From an uncultured Thermoplasmatales archaeon (GTDB lineage: Archaea > Thermoplasmatota > E2 > UBA202 > DSCA01), in assembly GCA_964514975.1 (NCBI GenBank), contig CAZESS010000005.1:1-64000 (forward strand): 64,000 nt of DNA, in the 5' to 3' direction. Of this stretch, positions 1-9,354 are shown in pieces. Position numbers and translations under genes: made by a program. Position 1 is the stretch's first letter. Each line of letters begins with the position of its first letter. The notes under the pieces were generated by a model that searched no databases, had not been told where the DNA came from, and worked only from the letters and a program-made list of their open reading frames with translations.

Positions 1-214
1 GGTCATAGGAAAGGTTGACCTCACCGGTCATAATATCGGAAACATTGTGAATCATGATGGTCACCGTCACCGTCATACCTGGAGCGGCGCTGCAGTCCTC
101 GATGGAGACAATGACCGGGGCACGGTTTCCCATGCCGGTGAGCGCGGTGGCGAGCAGTATGGCCGGTATGGCCAGCGCGATGGCGGTTATCAGGATTGTG
201 TGTTTTGTGTTCAT
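1..214 (-). CDS. Secreted cohesin-domain protein, 5' part only (runs off left edge; absent from ORF track)
   Basis: My translation from ATG at 214 (ATGA overlap with the upstream stop): MNTKHTILITAIALAIPAILLATALTGMGNRAPVIVSIEDCSAAPGMTVTVTIMIHNVSDIMTGEVNLSYD. This is a signal peptide plus a segment collinear with the cohesin N-terminus of 11546..13513 (VAVSIPDCGALPGETTSVAIVIHNVSNIMTGEINLTYD). Confidence 0.8.
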   Translation of the reverse strand, partial: MNTKHTILITAIALAIPAILLATALTGMGNRAPVIVSIEDCSAAPGMTVTVTIMIHNVSDIMTGEVNLSYD

Positions 215-1737
215 TGTAACACCTCGTAGCCTGGCTGGCCGATGAGGTGTTTGGCGAGATAGGAGGCATCCATGAAGTTTATGGCGCCGTTGCCGCTGAC
301 GTCGGCGACGCCGTCGATGATAAAGGTGTAGCCTGGCTGGCCGATAAGGTGTTTGGCGAGATAGGAGGCATCCATGAAGTTAACGGCGCCGTTGCCGCTG
401 ACGTCGCCGTTTTTCCAGATGGTGAGCGTGAGGTTTGTGGTGTTCCAGTTGCCGGCGGTGTCGGTTGCGTTGACCTCGAGGTGGTGGGGCTGGTATGCAT
501 CTGCTGTGGTGTTGTAGATCGCGGTGCCCGCGGTGGCGTTGGTTTCGATGTACCAGACCCCGGTGCTGTCGACGGGGGCCATGTTTTTGGTGCCTCTGCC
601 CAGGGTGGTGAGGTTGATGGTGACGCTGCTGATGTTGCTGCTGTCGTTGACGGATACGAACAGGGTGGCGGTTTCGTTGAATGTGGGGTTGCCGTCGGTA
701 TCTGTGGGGATGACGGGGCGGTTGGGCGTGAGCGGCGTGAGCTCTGGGCGGTCGTTGTCGGTGATGGTGACATTGTTGGTGGTCGTGTTCCAGTTGTTGC
801 TGGTGTCGTTTGCGGTGATATGGTAGTGCAGCATGTCGCTGGCGGCGGGGATGGTGACCGTTGCCGTGTAAATGGTGCCATGTGTGTTGGACAGCGAGAT
901 GTTGGTGTGGCCGCCGCTGTCGTACCAGTATTCCACCCATGCGGTGTCAACATCGATGTTGTCGGTGATGGTGGCGTTGAAGGTGTAGAGGTCCCCGGTG
1001 TATGCCGATCCCGGGCTGTTGTCGGTCACCACCGGAGGATATGGGTCTGTTATCGGTATGGTGCCGGATGTGGTGTTCCAGTTGTTGTAGGTGTCGTTTG
1101 CGGCGATGACATAGTGCAATGGCTCGAGGGTGTCAGCGATGGTGATCGAGGCTTGCCAGTGGTCGCCGGCCACGTTGTTCATGCTTATGTTTGTGTGGCT
1201 GCCGCCGGTGTACCAGTATTCAACGAAAACCTCGTCGATGTCGACGTTGTCGGTGACGGTTGCGTTGAACGTGAAGGATTGCCCGGTTGTCGCCGATGCG
1301 GGCGTGTTGTCGGTGATGTCGGGAGGCGTGGTTTCTTTGAGGAGAAACGTGGTGGTGTTGCGGGCCTGCCGATGGGCGACATGGATGGTGCAGGTGCCGT
1401 AGGCGGCCCAGTCGGGGATGGTGAACTGGATGCTGTAGGCACCGGTCGCGTCGGTGGTTGCTTCGCCGGCGAACAGGGTGCCACCATAGGTCCCGGTGAC
1501 CTGGACGCCGACGGTTTCGCTGTCGAGCGGTGCTCCATTGTGGGTGAGATTGCCCTGTATGGGGACGATGTCGCCGTGGAGGTACGTGGGCTGGACGGGG
1601 TCGAGCGTGAGATGTTCATCTGCGCCGGACACAGATGGATTGCACAGGGTAAGGAGGGCGAGAAGGATAATGACGGTCGCCAGCACAAGGGATGGAGGCC
1701 GGGAGGCAAAACCGCGATCAAAAAAGGTCGAGGTCAT
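211..1737 (-). CDS. Secreted Ig-repeat protein with N-terminal MG2-like domain and C-terminal dockerin (dockerin A)
   Basis: Signal peptide; Ig-like repeats (TDNTP/TDNSP...FNATVTDN); C-terminal duplicated Ca-loop-helix GDVSGNGAVNFMDASYLAKHL...ADVSGNGAINFMDASYLAKHL matching the type I dockerin pattern. Confidence 0.85.
   Translation of the reverse strand: MTSTFFDRGFASRPPSLVLATVIILLALLTLCNPSVSGADEHLTLDPVQPTYLHGDIVPIQGNLTHNGAPLDSETVGVQVTGTYGGTLFAGEATTDATGAYSIQFTIPDWAAYGTCTIHVAHRQARNTTTFLLKETTPPDITDNTPASATTGQSFTFNATVTDNVDIDEVFVEYWYTGGSHTNISMNNVAGDHWQASITIADTLEPLHYVIAANDTYNNWNTTSGTIPITDPYPPVVTDNSPGSAYTGDLYTFNATITDNIDVDTAWVEYWYDSGGHTNISLSNTHGTIYTATVTIPAASDMLHYHITANDTSNNWNTTTNNVTITDNDRPELTPLTPNRPVIPTDTDGNPTFNETATLFVSVNDSSNISSVTINLTTLGRGTKNMAPVDSTGVWYIETNATAGTAIYNTTADAYQPHHLEVNATDTAGNWNTTNLTLTIWKNGDVSGNGAVNFMDASYLAKHLIGQPGYTFIIDGVADVSGNGAINFMDASYLAKHLIGQPGYEVLQ
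226..406. repeat. Direct repeat encoding the two halves of dockerin A (226-304 and 328-406, 102 bp period)
   Basis: 79 bp units with 3 mismatches by eye. Confidence 0.9.
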
Positions 1738-3116
1738 GGCCTCTCACCCCGGTTTATGTGGCTGGCGGCGAGGAGAGCGAGGAGGAACGCCCCGATGACG
1801 ATGAATGAAGGCAGGGGCATGCTGTCCGCCGTGGAGGTAACGGTGAGCGTCGCGGTGGCGTCGCCGATGGCAAGGGGATAGGTGCCTGTGGCGTTTTTGG
1901 TCACGTTGAAGGTGATGGTTGCGGTTTCGTTGGCCGGTATCGTGATGTTTCGGCTGGTCTCGATGGTACCGTTGACGAAAAGCTCGAGGATGTGTGACAT
2001 GGTCTGGTTGGAGGGGTTGGACACGTGTACGGTGACGGTGGCCGTTTCACCTGTCTCTATCTCCGCTGGCTGGACGTCGATGCTGTCTATGGTGAACGGC
2101 ATGGGTGACATGGTTGTGGATGCGGTCGCGGGCTGTGACCGTGCCCCCTCGTTGCCGGAGGTGTCAACGGCGCTGACCCGGTAGGTATATGTGTGGTTGA
2201 CGGCGAGCTCGGTGTCGTGGACGCCTGTCGCTGTGGCGTTGACAGCGGCGATGAACGTCCGGTCGCGGTAGATGTTGTAGTGGTCGACGGCCTGGTTGTC
2301 GCTGGCAGGGCTCCATTGCAGATGGATGGTGCCGCCATAGGTGCTGTACATCGAGGGTGCAGGGGTGGCGGTGAGGTTGGTGACCCGGGTGGGCGGCGTG
2401 GTGTCGCCTGTCGCCGCATGGGTGGTGAACGTGTGCGAGCTGCTCGTGTTGTGGTTGCCGCTGCTGTCGTGGACATGGATGCGGTAATGGATGGTTGTGT
2501 CGGGCTGGAGGCCGATGAGCGACGCCTGATGTCTGATATCGTGTTCGCCTGGCTCCGTCGTGTGGGGCATGGCGCTGTCGCCATATGCTATGTGGCCGGT
2601 GGATGGCTCGCTGGTCATCCAGGTGACGACGGCCGTGGTCGGCGTTATATGGGTGACGTCTATGGCGTGTATCTCTGGCGGCATGGTGTCCGCGGGTGGC
2701 TGCGAGGTGAGGTTGCAGGATGTGGTGGCCCTGGCCTCCTGGTAGGCGACGTAGACGGTGTAGGTGCCATATGGCGCGGTGGCCGATGGATTGATGGCGA
2801 CGGCATAGTAGCCGTCGGTGGCGGTCGAGGTCATCTTTGCGGCGTGGACACCGCCATGGGGGTCGTTGACCTGTATGCCGATGGCTCTGCCGTGCAGCGG
2901 CTGACCGTTTTGGGCGAGCGTGCCGCTAACCGTGATGGTTTGGTTGCGGCCATAGATTGCCCTGTCGGTCGTTGCGGTGAGCTCATATGACGCTGCTGGT
3001 GAAGCCTGCACAAATGGTATGGCAGCGGGTGCCAGCAGGAACAGGAACATGATGAGCATGGATGCTAAAAAAAGGCGAAATGGAGCTGTGACAGTGTATC
3101 CTTGTATCAGTTTCAT
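1734..3116 (-). CDS. Membrane-anchored surface protein: MG2-like head, two FN3-like domains, CARDB-like domain, C-terminal TM (PGF-like LPSF tail)
   Basis: GGAGG RBS before ATG 3116; signal peptide; TDRAIYGRNQTITVSG; FN3 motifs (LQPDTTIHYRI, YTYRVSAVDTSGNE); IETGETATVTVHVSN; tail LPSFIVIGAFLLALLAASHINRGERP. Confidence 0.8.
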   Translation of the reverse strand: MKLIQGYTVTAPFRLFLASMLIMFLFLLAPAAIPFVQASPAASYELTATTDRAIYGRNQTITVSGTLAQNGQPLHGRAIGIQVNDPHGGVHAAKMTSTATDGYYAVAINPSATAPYGTYTVYVAYQEARATTSCNLTSQPPADTMPPEIHAIDVTHITPTTAVVTWMTSEPSTGHIAYGDSAMPHTTEPGEHDIRHQASLIGLQPDTTIHYRIHVHDSSGNHNTSSSHTFTTHAATGDTTPPTRVTNLTATPAPSMYSTYGGTIHLQWSPASDNQAVDHYNIYRDRTFIAAVNATATGVHDTELAVNHTYTYRVSAVDTSGNEGARSQPATASTTMSPMPFTIDSIDVQPAEIETGETATVTVHVSNPSNQTMSHILELFVNGTIETSRNITIPANETATITFNVTKNATGTYPLAIGDATATLTVTSTADSMPLPSFIVIGAFLLALLAASHINRGERP

Positions 3117-3305
3117 GGTGATGGTCCTCCGGAGAGGATGAAAGGGGGCGGATGGGGGAAGAGGCATATGATGGGATGAGGGGGTGAGGGGGGTGAGGCG
3201 GATGAGGCAGGGGGAAAGGCGAGATGAAACTAAATATATAGGGGAGAAGGGAAGAGGGGGGTTGGGGGTTGGGTGGCGTGTGTCTGGTTGTCCGATGACG
3301 TCGGT

Positions 3306-6300
3306 TTAGACGATCTGCATCGTGAGCTCGTTCCACTCGGAGTAGGGCTCCCAGACGCCGGGGTCGCTGGGCAGGCAGCTCCAGATCATCGTCCATCCCT
3401 TGTACCAGTCGCCAGACGTGTAGCTTCCTGATATCTCCGTATCCACGAGGCTTGTACCGAGGAACGACAGAGAAGGCATGGTGCTCTTGGCGATCCATGC
3501 AGGCTTGTTGGGGATATCGCCTTCGGTGTCGCCGGGTCCCAGGAGCTCCTGGATGACCACGCCGTCGCTGAGGCCGCCGAGCTTTCTACACTTGTAGTCC
3601 GCTTGCCAGCCCGTACACGATTCAGAGTAGTCCTCCCCGGAGACGCCGACGAATTCTATCTTGTAGTCCCAGACATGTGCCTGCGGGTTGCTCGTGCCGA
3701 CGAACGGTGACGGGTTGTCGTTTGTGTCGACGGTTCGCACGGCGACATTGATGTCGTTTCCTGCCTGGCCGTCCATGTCCTCGCACTGGTAGGTGGTCGT
3801 ACCGGTGGTTATGTCTGCCTTGTGGGTGGCTGTTGTCCATTCGCTGAACGTTCCGGTGTGCCAGTAGACGTCGTATGACATGCCGGTTTTTTCTGTCCAG
3901 TCAATTTTGAAGCCATGCCAGGCACCGTCGGTGTTTGTTATATCCGTGGTGATACCATATGTCCAGGTGTTGCCGGCGCTCGGTGTCTCCTGGTTGCCGG
4001 CGCTGTCGGTGGCCCGTGACTCGATGGTTATCTCTGCGTTGGCATCACAGGTCTTCCAGTTGCTCGTGGTGGTATCGATTGTTGTGTAGTCCCAGTTTCC
4101 GGTGCCGCTGTCGTAGCTGGCATCGAGCCATGTATCGGTGGTTGTTGTCCAGTCGGAGCCATCCCAGTAGTTGCCGCTGCCGTCGCTGATGCGTATATGG
4201 ACGTTGCTTATCGGGGAGGTGGCGTCGCTTGCGGTACCCTCTATTGTTGTTATCTTGTTCCATTTGTCGCCGTCCGCCGGGCTGGTGACGGTTGATGATG
4301 GATTGGTGTTATCGATGGTGAAGTCACCATCAGAGGTGTCAGCACCGGTGTTCCCGGCTTCGTCGACCGCTTCCACTTTCACCTGGTATGTTGCACCATC
4401 TGACAGGCCGGTGGTATCCCAGCTATATGAACCATCATTGGCTTCACCGGAGGCTATCTCCGTCCACGTGCTTCCACTGTCATCACTGTAGTACAGGGTG
4501 ATGGGATTCGATGCCATGTTGGTATCCGACGCAGTCCATGTGATATCATGCGTGTCAGACCAGTACTCGCCGCCATTCGGCGACGTCACCGTCACAGATG
4601 GATCGGTGTCATCAAAGGTGAACGTGCTCGTGGTGGTCGTGGTCTGCACCAGTCCGGCTTTGTCGGTGGCCCTGGAGGTGACGGTGTAGGTATGCCCGGA
4701 TTCCCAGGTGACACCAGAGGAGTCGTAGCTCCAGCTTGACGGGTTGGAATCCGTGGTCAGCCATGTCTCGCTGCCCCAGACACTGCCGGTCCAGTAGTCA
4801 TTGTCGGTGTCATCGTGGATGGTTATCTCCACGGTTTGTACTTCGCCGTAGCCGTCGCTGCATCCGCCGCTGATGGTATCCACCACGTTCTGATAGGATC
4901 CATCCGCCGGACTGGTAACCGTCGACTCGGGGTTTGTCTGGTCGTATTTGAACGTCTGCGTCGCCGTCAGCGAGGTGCCGCTTTGTTTCACGGTGACAGT
5001 GCATTCTCCCTCGGCGCCGGCACCGAGCGTAAACTCGTCATAGGTGTTATGGCCGAACGTGCCGTCGGTGTCAGTATCCTGCTCGTAGGGAGCCGTCCAT
5101 ATCGGGTCTCCGTTGGTGTCCGTCGCATCCCATATGTACTGGTAGGTGTCCTCGGGAAGGAACTGGCCGCTGATGGAAACCGTGTCGTCTTCCTTGTAAT
5201 ATTCCTTCGACAGCGGGTCAAGCGAGAGGCTGTCGGCCTCGGCGCCATACAGCGGGCCGCCCGAGAAGTAGCTCATGCCCGGAGTGGTGCCCGTGGTGGT
5301 GCCGTATACGTAGCCCACGTAATCCGTCCTGCCGCTGTCCGATGTGTAGCCGGTGGTGCCGAACTCGGTCCACAGGCCGGTGGAGTCATCGAGATAGTAG
5401 AGCTTTTTGTGTGTCGGCTCGCTGTCAACCCACCGCTTAATCGTCACTTCGGACAACGAAGCGGCGTCGGGAATGTAGACGTCGAACGAATAGGCGCCTG
5501 TTGACAGTCCGCCGCCGCCGTTGGGGTCGGCGGTGTAGTTGAGAACGGTGACATCTACGCTGTCACCGGTTATATCAACGGTGACGTCTGCCTCGCTGGT
5601 CGCGTCGAGGGTTCCACCATCGGCGACCGTCGCTGTCTTGTATGCGTCGATGGGCGCCCTGAGCCATGGATCGAAGGTGATGTCGCCCCAGATGAAGTCG
5701 CCCTCACCAGTGGGATTGTCGGTGGCGTTGTACGGCCCAGATGAAGCACCCCACCAGTTGTGGGTCACGTCGAGCGCAGTGTTATCAATAGCGTATGCGC
5801 CATACTTTGAACAGTTTATGAAGTTGTTGTAATGGGCTTCTGTTCCAGTGGGAATGGTTGGGGCGTAGCTGTGGTCTTTAGCCGTTATACCGTATTCACA
5901 GTTTGATATGTCGTTGCCCTGGAAAAGTGTATCCCGAGCGTCTCCCTGCACGCTCACACCTTGTCCGCCATCGGTAATCATGTTGTTGAGTACCTGCGTT
6001 CCGACAGCCGGACCTCCATACTGAGATTCGTATCCCATTGCCACGATGCCGGCCTCGTAGTCATGGACATTGTTATTTTTTATCACGACGTTGTCTCCTG
6101 CGACCACCAGGATGCCGGATGCCGCCCAGTCCTCGGAGGCCAGATAGGATCCTTCGACGTCGTTGCCGATGACCGTTGAATCGTCGCCGGCGACCTGTAC
6201 GGAATTGCCATGTGCGCCGGACTCCTCTGGAGCATATACGATGTTGTTGAGGACATGGATGGTGTTTCCATCTGCGCTGCCATATCCATTGCAGATGCCG

Positions 6301-7934
6301 ACGTTATCCCAGTTTTCGACGGTGAAGCCCTCTATGGTGACGGTACCGAGATTCGTGCCATCTATATCGATGGCACGGTCGGCGCCGCTCGCGTTGAGGA
6401 TGGTGTGCTCTGCGCCTGCATCGGACTGCAATGTAAGGGCCTTGTCGACGGTAAGCGCCTCATGATATGTTCCTGCACCGACCGTGATGGTGTCGTCGCT
6501 TGATGCCGCATTGATAGCCGCCTGGATGGTGTCATAGTAGGTGGACGTGTCCTCGTTGAGGACCTTGCCAGCCTCCATGCCGAGCCAGGGATCGTAGTCG
6601 ACGTAGGTGCTCACCGCGTCGCCGCTCCCGGTGCCCTGACCGCTGGGGCCAGAAGTGTCGCCCCACCAGTTGTAGGTGGCGTCAACAGTTGACGGTGTCC
6701 CACTGGAAGCCCAAGATTCCACACCATATACACTGTTACCTTCAATGGTATTGTAATGGACCTCTGTCCCGGTTACGCCATTAAGATCGCCGTAGTCACA
6801 TGCCGCAACGCCGTAATTGTTGTTAGTAAGCGTGTTGCCCTCTATCAATGTGTTATAGACTGGGGAGCCAAGATGAATACCTTCTTTGTTGGTATTCGCA
6901 GTGTTGTCCCTGATAATGGTATCTTCGGCGGGGTCCTTCGGCGTAGTGTACCACCATCCGGTCACGCCGATACCATAATCGTTGTCGGATACGGTATTAC
7001 CTTCGACGACTATGCCGTCACAGTCCTTCACCACGATGGCCGTTGAATCCCAGTCAGGATTATCCTTGAGTCCGCATTCAGATACATGGTTGTCAGCAAT
7101 GGTCCCGGCCGTACCAGAAGCGACCTGTATCCCGTTTTCAGCCCACCAATCGTCCGTCATCTCGACACCGTTGCCATATACAGTGTTGTTATTGATATCA
7201 GCGACTGGATTCGGAGCCGATCCACTGGTTGGAGCATCGGGATTATCATCTCCTTTCACCTCGATGCCGCCGCGGCTGAACTCTTCGACGGTGTTGTATT
7301 CGATGGTGATGTCGGAGTCGCCATATACCTCGATGCCAAACGTCTCAGGGCCATCTCCCGCTCCGTCCGGGTCAAACATGTCGTGGATCTCGTTGTTGGA
7401 AATCGTCCCATCGATGTTCCGACCGAATACGCCCACGTAACGGGGGTCAGCGGTGGCTTTGTTGCCGCCGTCTATTTCGAATCCGTCAATGGTCACCGAA
7501 ATGGTGCCTGAGCCGCTGACATCGTTGCCGCTCATGGTGCCACCATAGGCAAAAACAATCGGGTCCCATGTATCATCGTTCTCAGCTATGGTGTACGTGT
7601 TCCGTGTATCAGGGGCCACAATGGTTGCACCCGTTGCACCCTGCAACGTCAGATCCTTATCGATGATAATCTGCTCTGTATACATTCCCGCTGCAACGGT
7701 AATGGTGTCTCCAGGATGTGCCGCGTTGATGGCTGCCTGGATGCTCGCGTAGTCTGCGCCTCCGTCGTCGTCAACGGTATACGTTGTCCCGCTGGCCTCC
7801 GCCGTCGGCGCTGTGAACGCGATGCCGGCGAAGGCTGTGCCGATCATCAGCAGCGCTATCAGCGGTGCCAGTATCCTCTTTCTTTCTATCGTATGTGTAA
7901 AATCTCTCTCGTTTTGTTTTTTATGGCTACTCAT
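3306..7934 (-). CDS. Giant (1542 aa) secreted protein with two right-handed parallel beta-helix modules and multiple Ig-like domains
   Basis: Signal peptide; two IQAAINAA..GDTITV..G.Y.E starts, each ending in (V/L)D.T.NWWG...GP...DPWL; Ig repeats (PESTVTSPADG, SPNGGEYWS); no C-terminal TM. Confidence 0.85.
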   Translation of the reverse strand: MSSHKKQNERDFTHTIERKRILAPLIALLMIGTAFAGIAFTAPTAEASGTTYTVDDDGGADYASIQAAINAAHPGDTITVAAGMYTEQIIIDKDLTLQGATGATIVAPDTRNTYTIAENDDTWDPIVFAYGGTMSGNDVSGSGTISVTIDGFEIDGGNKATADPRYVGVFGRNIDGTISNNEIHDMFDPDGAGDGPETFGIEVYGDSDITIEYNTVEEFSRGGIEVKGDDNPDAPTSGSAPNPVADINNNTVYGNGVEMTDDWWAENGIQVASGTAGTIADNHVSECGLKDNPDWDSTAIVVKDCDGIVVEGNTVSDNDYGIGVTGWWYTTPKDPAEDTIIRDNTANTNKEGIHLGSPVYNTLIEGNTLTNNNYGVAACDYGDLNGVTGTEVHYNTIEGNSVYGVESWASSGTPSTVDATYNWWGDTSGPSGQGTGSGDAVSTYVDYDPWLGMEAGKVLNEDTSTYYDTIQAAINAASSDDTITVGAGTYHEALTVDKALTLQSDAGAEHTILNASGADRAIDIDGTNLGTVTIEGFTVENWDNVGICNGYGSADGNTIHVLNNIVYAPEESGAHGNSVQVAGDDSTVIGNDVEGSYLASEDWAASGILVVAGDNVVIKNNNVHDYEAGIVAMGYESQYGGPAVGTQVLNNMITDGGQGVSVQGDARDTLFQGNDISNCEYGITAKDHSYAPTIPTGTEAHYNNFINCSKYGAYAIDNTALDVTHNWWGASSGPYNATDNPTGEGDFIWGDITFDPWLRAPIDAYKTATVADGGTLDATSEADVTVDITGDSVDVTVLNYTADPNGGGGLSTGAYSFDVYIPDAASLSEVTIKRWVDSEPTHKKLYYLDDSTGLWTEFGTTGYTSDSGRTDYVGYVYGTTTGTTPGMSYFSGGPLYGAEADSLSLDPLSKEYYKEDDTVSISGQFLPEDTYQYIWDATDTNGDPIWTAPYEQDTDTDGTFGHNTYDEFTLGAGAEGECTVTVKQSGTSLTATQTFKYDQTNPESTVTSPADGSYQNVVDTISGGCSDGYGEVQTVEITIHDDTDNDYWTGSVWGSETWLTTDSNPSSWSYDSSGVTWESGHTYTVTSRATDKAGLVQTTTTTSTFTFDDTDPSVTVTSPNGGEYWSDTHDITWTASDTNMASNPITLYYSDDSGSTWTEIASGEANDGSYSWDTTGLSDGATYQVKVEAVDEAGNTGADTSDGDFTIDNTNPSSTVTSPADGDKWNKITTIEGTASDATSPISNVHIRISDGSGNYWDGSDWTTTTDTWLDASYDSGTGNWDYTTIDTTTSNWKTCDANAEITIESRATDSAGNQETPSAGNTWTYGITTDITNTDGAWHGFKIDWTEKTGMSYDVYWHTGTFSEWTTATHKADITTGTTTYQCEDMDGQAGNDINVAVRTVDTNDNPSPFVGTSNPQAHVWDYKIEFVGVSGEDYSESCTGWQADYKCRKLGGLSDGVVIQELLGPGDTEGDIPNKPAWIAKSTMPSLSFLGTSLVDTEISGSYTSGDWYKGWTMIWSCLPSDPGVWEPYSEWNELTMQIV

Positions 7935-8150
7935 GTTTTCGCCTCCACCACCACAAAACGAAGGGTATTTAAAAAATGTGTGTAAAAACCTGCGTAGGTA
8001 ATTACCTTCTATTATATACGTTGTGTATATCCTCGTTGAGCTATCGGCCGGACAGCGGCGTCATCGGCGTCACAGAGCCCGGTGTCGCGACGCGGCGGCG
8101 AAGCAGGTCTCACCCACGCCCATCCAGCCCGGTTTCCCAGGCGCATCCCA

Positions 8151-8181
8151 ACAAAAAAAAAACAAAATCAAACAAAAAAAA
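8151..8181 (-). terminator. Oligo-T tract on minus strand, candidate archaeal terminator
   Basis: Plus strand ACAAAAAAAAAACAAAATCAAACAAAAAAAA; resembles the T-tract after 42903. Confidence 0.4.
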
Positions 8182-9354
8182 CGATGACGATGACGATGAA
8201 GAGCATGCCGCGGCGTCACCGCCGTCCTCATCACCCATATATAACATTGGCTCCCGCTCGTCTCCCGCGGCGTGGTCGCTCCATCCATCCAGCCCGTTTT
8301 AGCGCGCATCCATTTCTTGGGGCATGCCATGCCGTCCTTTTCTGTCACCGGCATCTTTGACTGCAAACCGTCGACATCGGCCAGCAAAGCAGTGCATGGC
8401 CGCCAACGCACCGCAATAGACAATGCAAGGGGGAAACCCGGCGGGAACGGGAGAGAACCACACGAGAGCACGCGGGAGCACCTGGAGGCACAGCGTGAAC
8501 CAGAATATGGCCGCGGCGGACCCGGGTGAATGGAGTGGGGTCAAAAAACCGGCCGATGCGGCTCAAAGGCCCCAGGTGCCCCCGATTTCTCCCCATTTCC
8601 CCCCGCATGTTTCTCCAGAATAGACCCCGGCGGGGTGGGGTGGGTAAACGCCGGAAAAACACCCGCCGGCTTATAAAGCCCGGGTTTCCGTGTTTCCGGG
8701 ATTTACCAGGTAATGCAATCCCGACTATTCGGGTGCATCCTTTATAAACAGCGATGGGGTGACCGCAAGGGTAAAGCACGCTTTCATTCGGATTATGCGC
8801 CGGTTTCATTACATCGCTCCATCCCGCAATTTTTGATGCACACGGTGCCACAAAAAACGGCAACAAATGTAATATTGATACCATAAGCACCGGCAGCGCC
8901 GTGAAAAACGCCAAAATGATAACAAAACCAATGCATCATCCATCCCGGCAGCCCCATGGCCGCCATCCGGCGATGTTGCAGGGTCAAATTGTATCAACGA
9001 ACATGACATATCGATAAACCACGGGGGCAGACGGCAGACAAATATGAAACATTTCATCGCGCGAGCGCGTATCGAGCGCGTATCTGCAGTATCTATCTGT
9101 GCCTCCCGCTGCCCCATTTCCCGGCCGTTCATTCTCGTTCTCGCTCCATCACGCCATATCGACCAAAAAAAACCCGTTCCAGCAAGTGAGCCTCTATAGA
9201 ACGAATTGTTCTCCCTCTTGCTTCCCCCAATGCCATAGCCGGAGAGTATACATCAAGCTTTGCCACAATATCCTGCAGCGGATGAATGAGCAGATTTCCA
9301 GGTGAGGGCGAGCAAAAAGATGGCAAAACAGGGATACCGACGTGGCAGGCGACT

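Noticed and set aside
226-406. Regularly spaced direct repeats (also 11339-11500) as possible CRISPR or DGR template/variable repeats
   Set aside because: Only two in-frame copies encoding dockerin halves; no spacer array, cas genes, reverse transcriptase or adenine-specific mismatch pattern.
247-1881. Long antisense ORFs (e.g. 247..1881, 22217..23587, 28936..30153, 30619..31776)
   Set aside because: Shadow frames of real genes in GC-rich DNA; V/G/D-biased translations with no family motifs.
8612-8645. TCCAGAATAGAC followed by a G-string as an ORB replication-origin box
   Set aside because: Poor match to TCCAxTGGAAAC, single copy, and no cdc6/orc1 gene nearby.
8420-8820. RNase P or SRP RNA
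   Set aside because: Could not find GAGGAAAGTCC/P4 or the SRP helix 8 GGAA/AGCAG signature on either strand; kept only as an unknown structured candidate.
9099-9326. Short ORFs possibly representing a transposase remnant (IKLCHNIL)
   Set aside because: No DDE motif, terminal inverted repeats or further similarity visible; too short to support.
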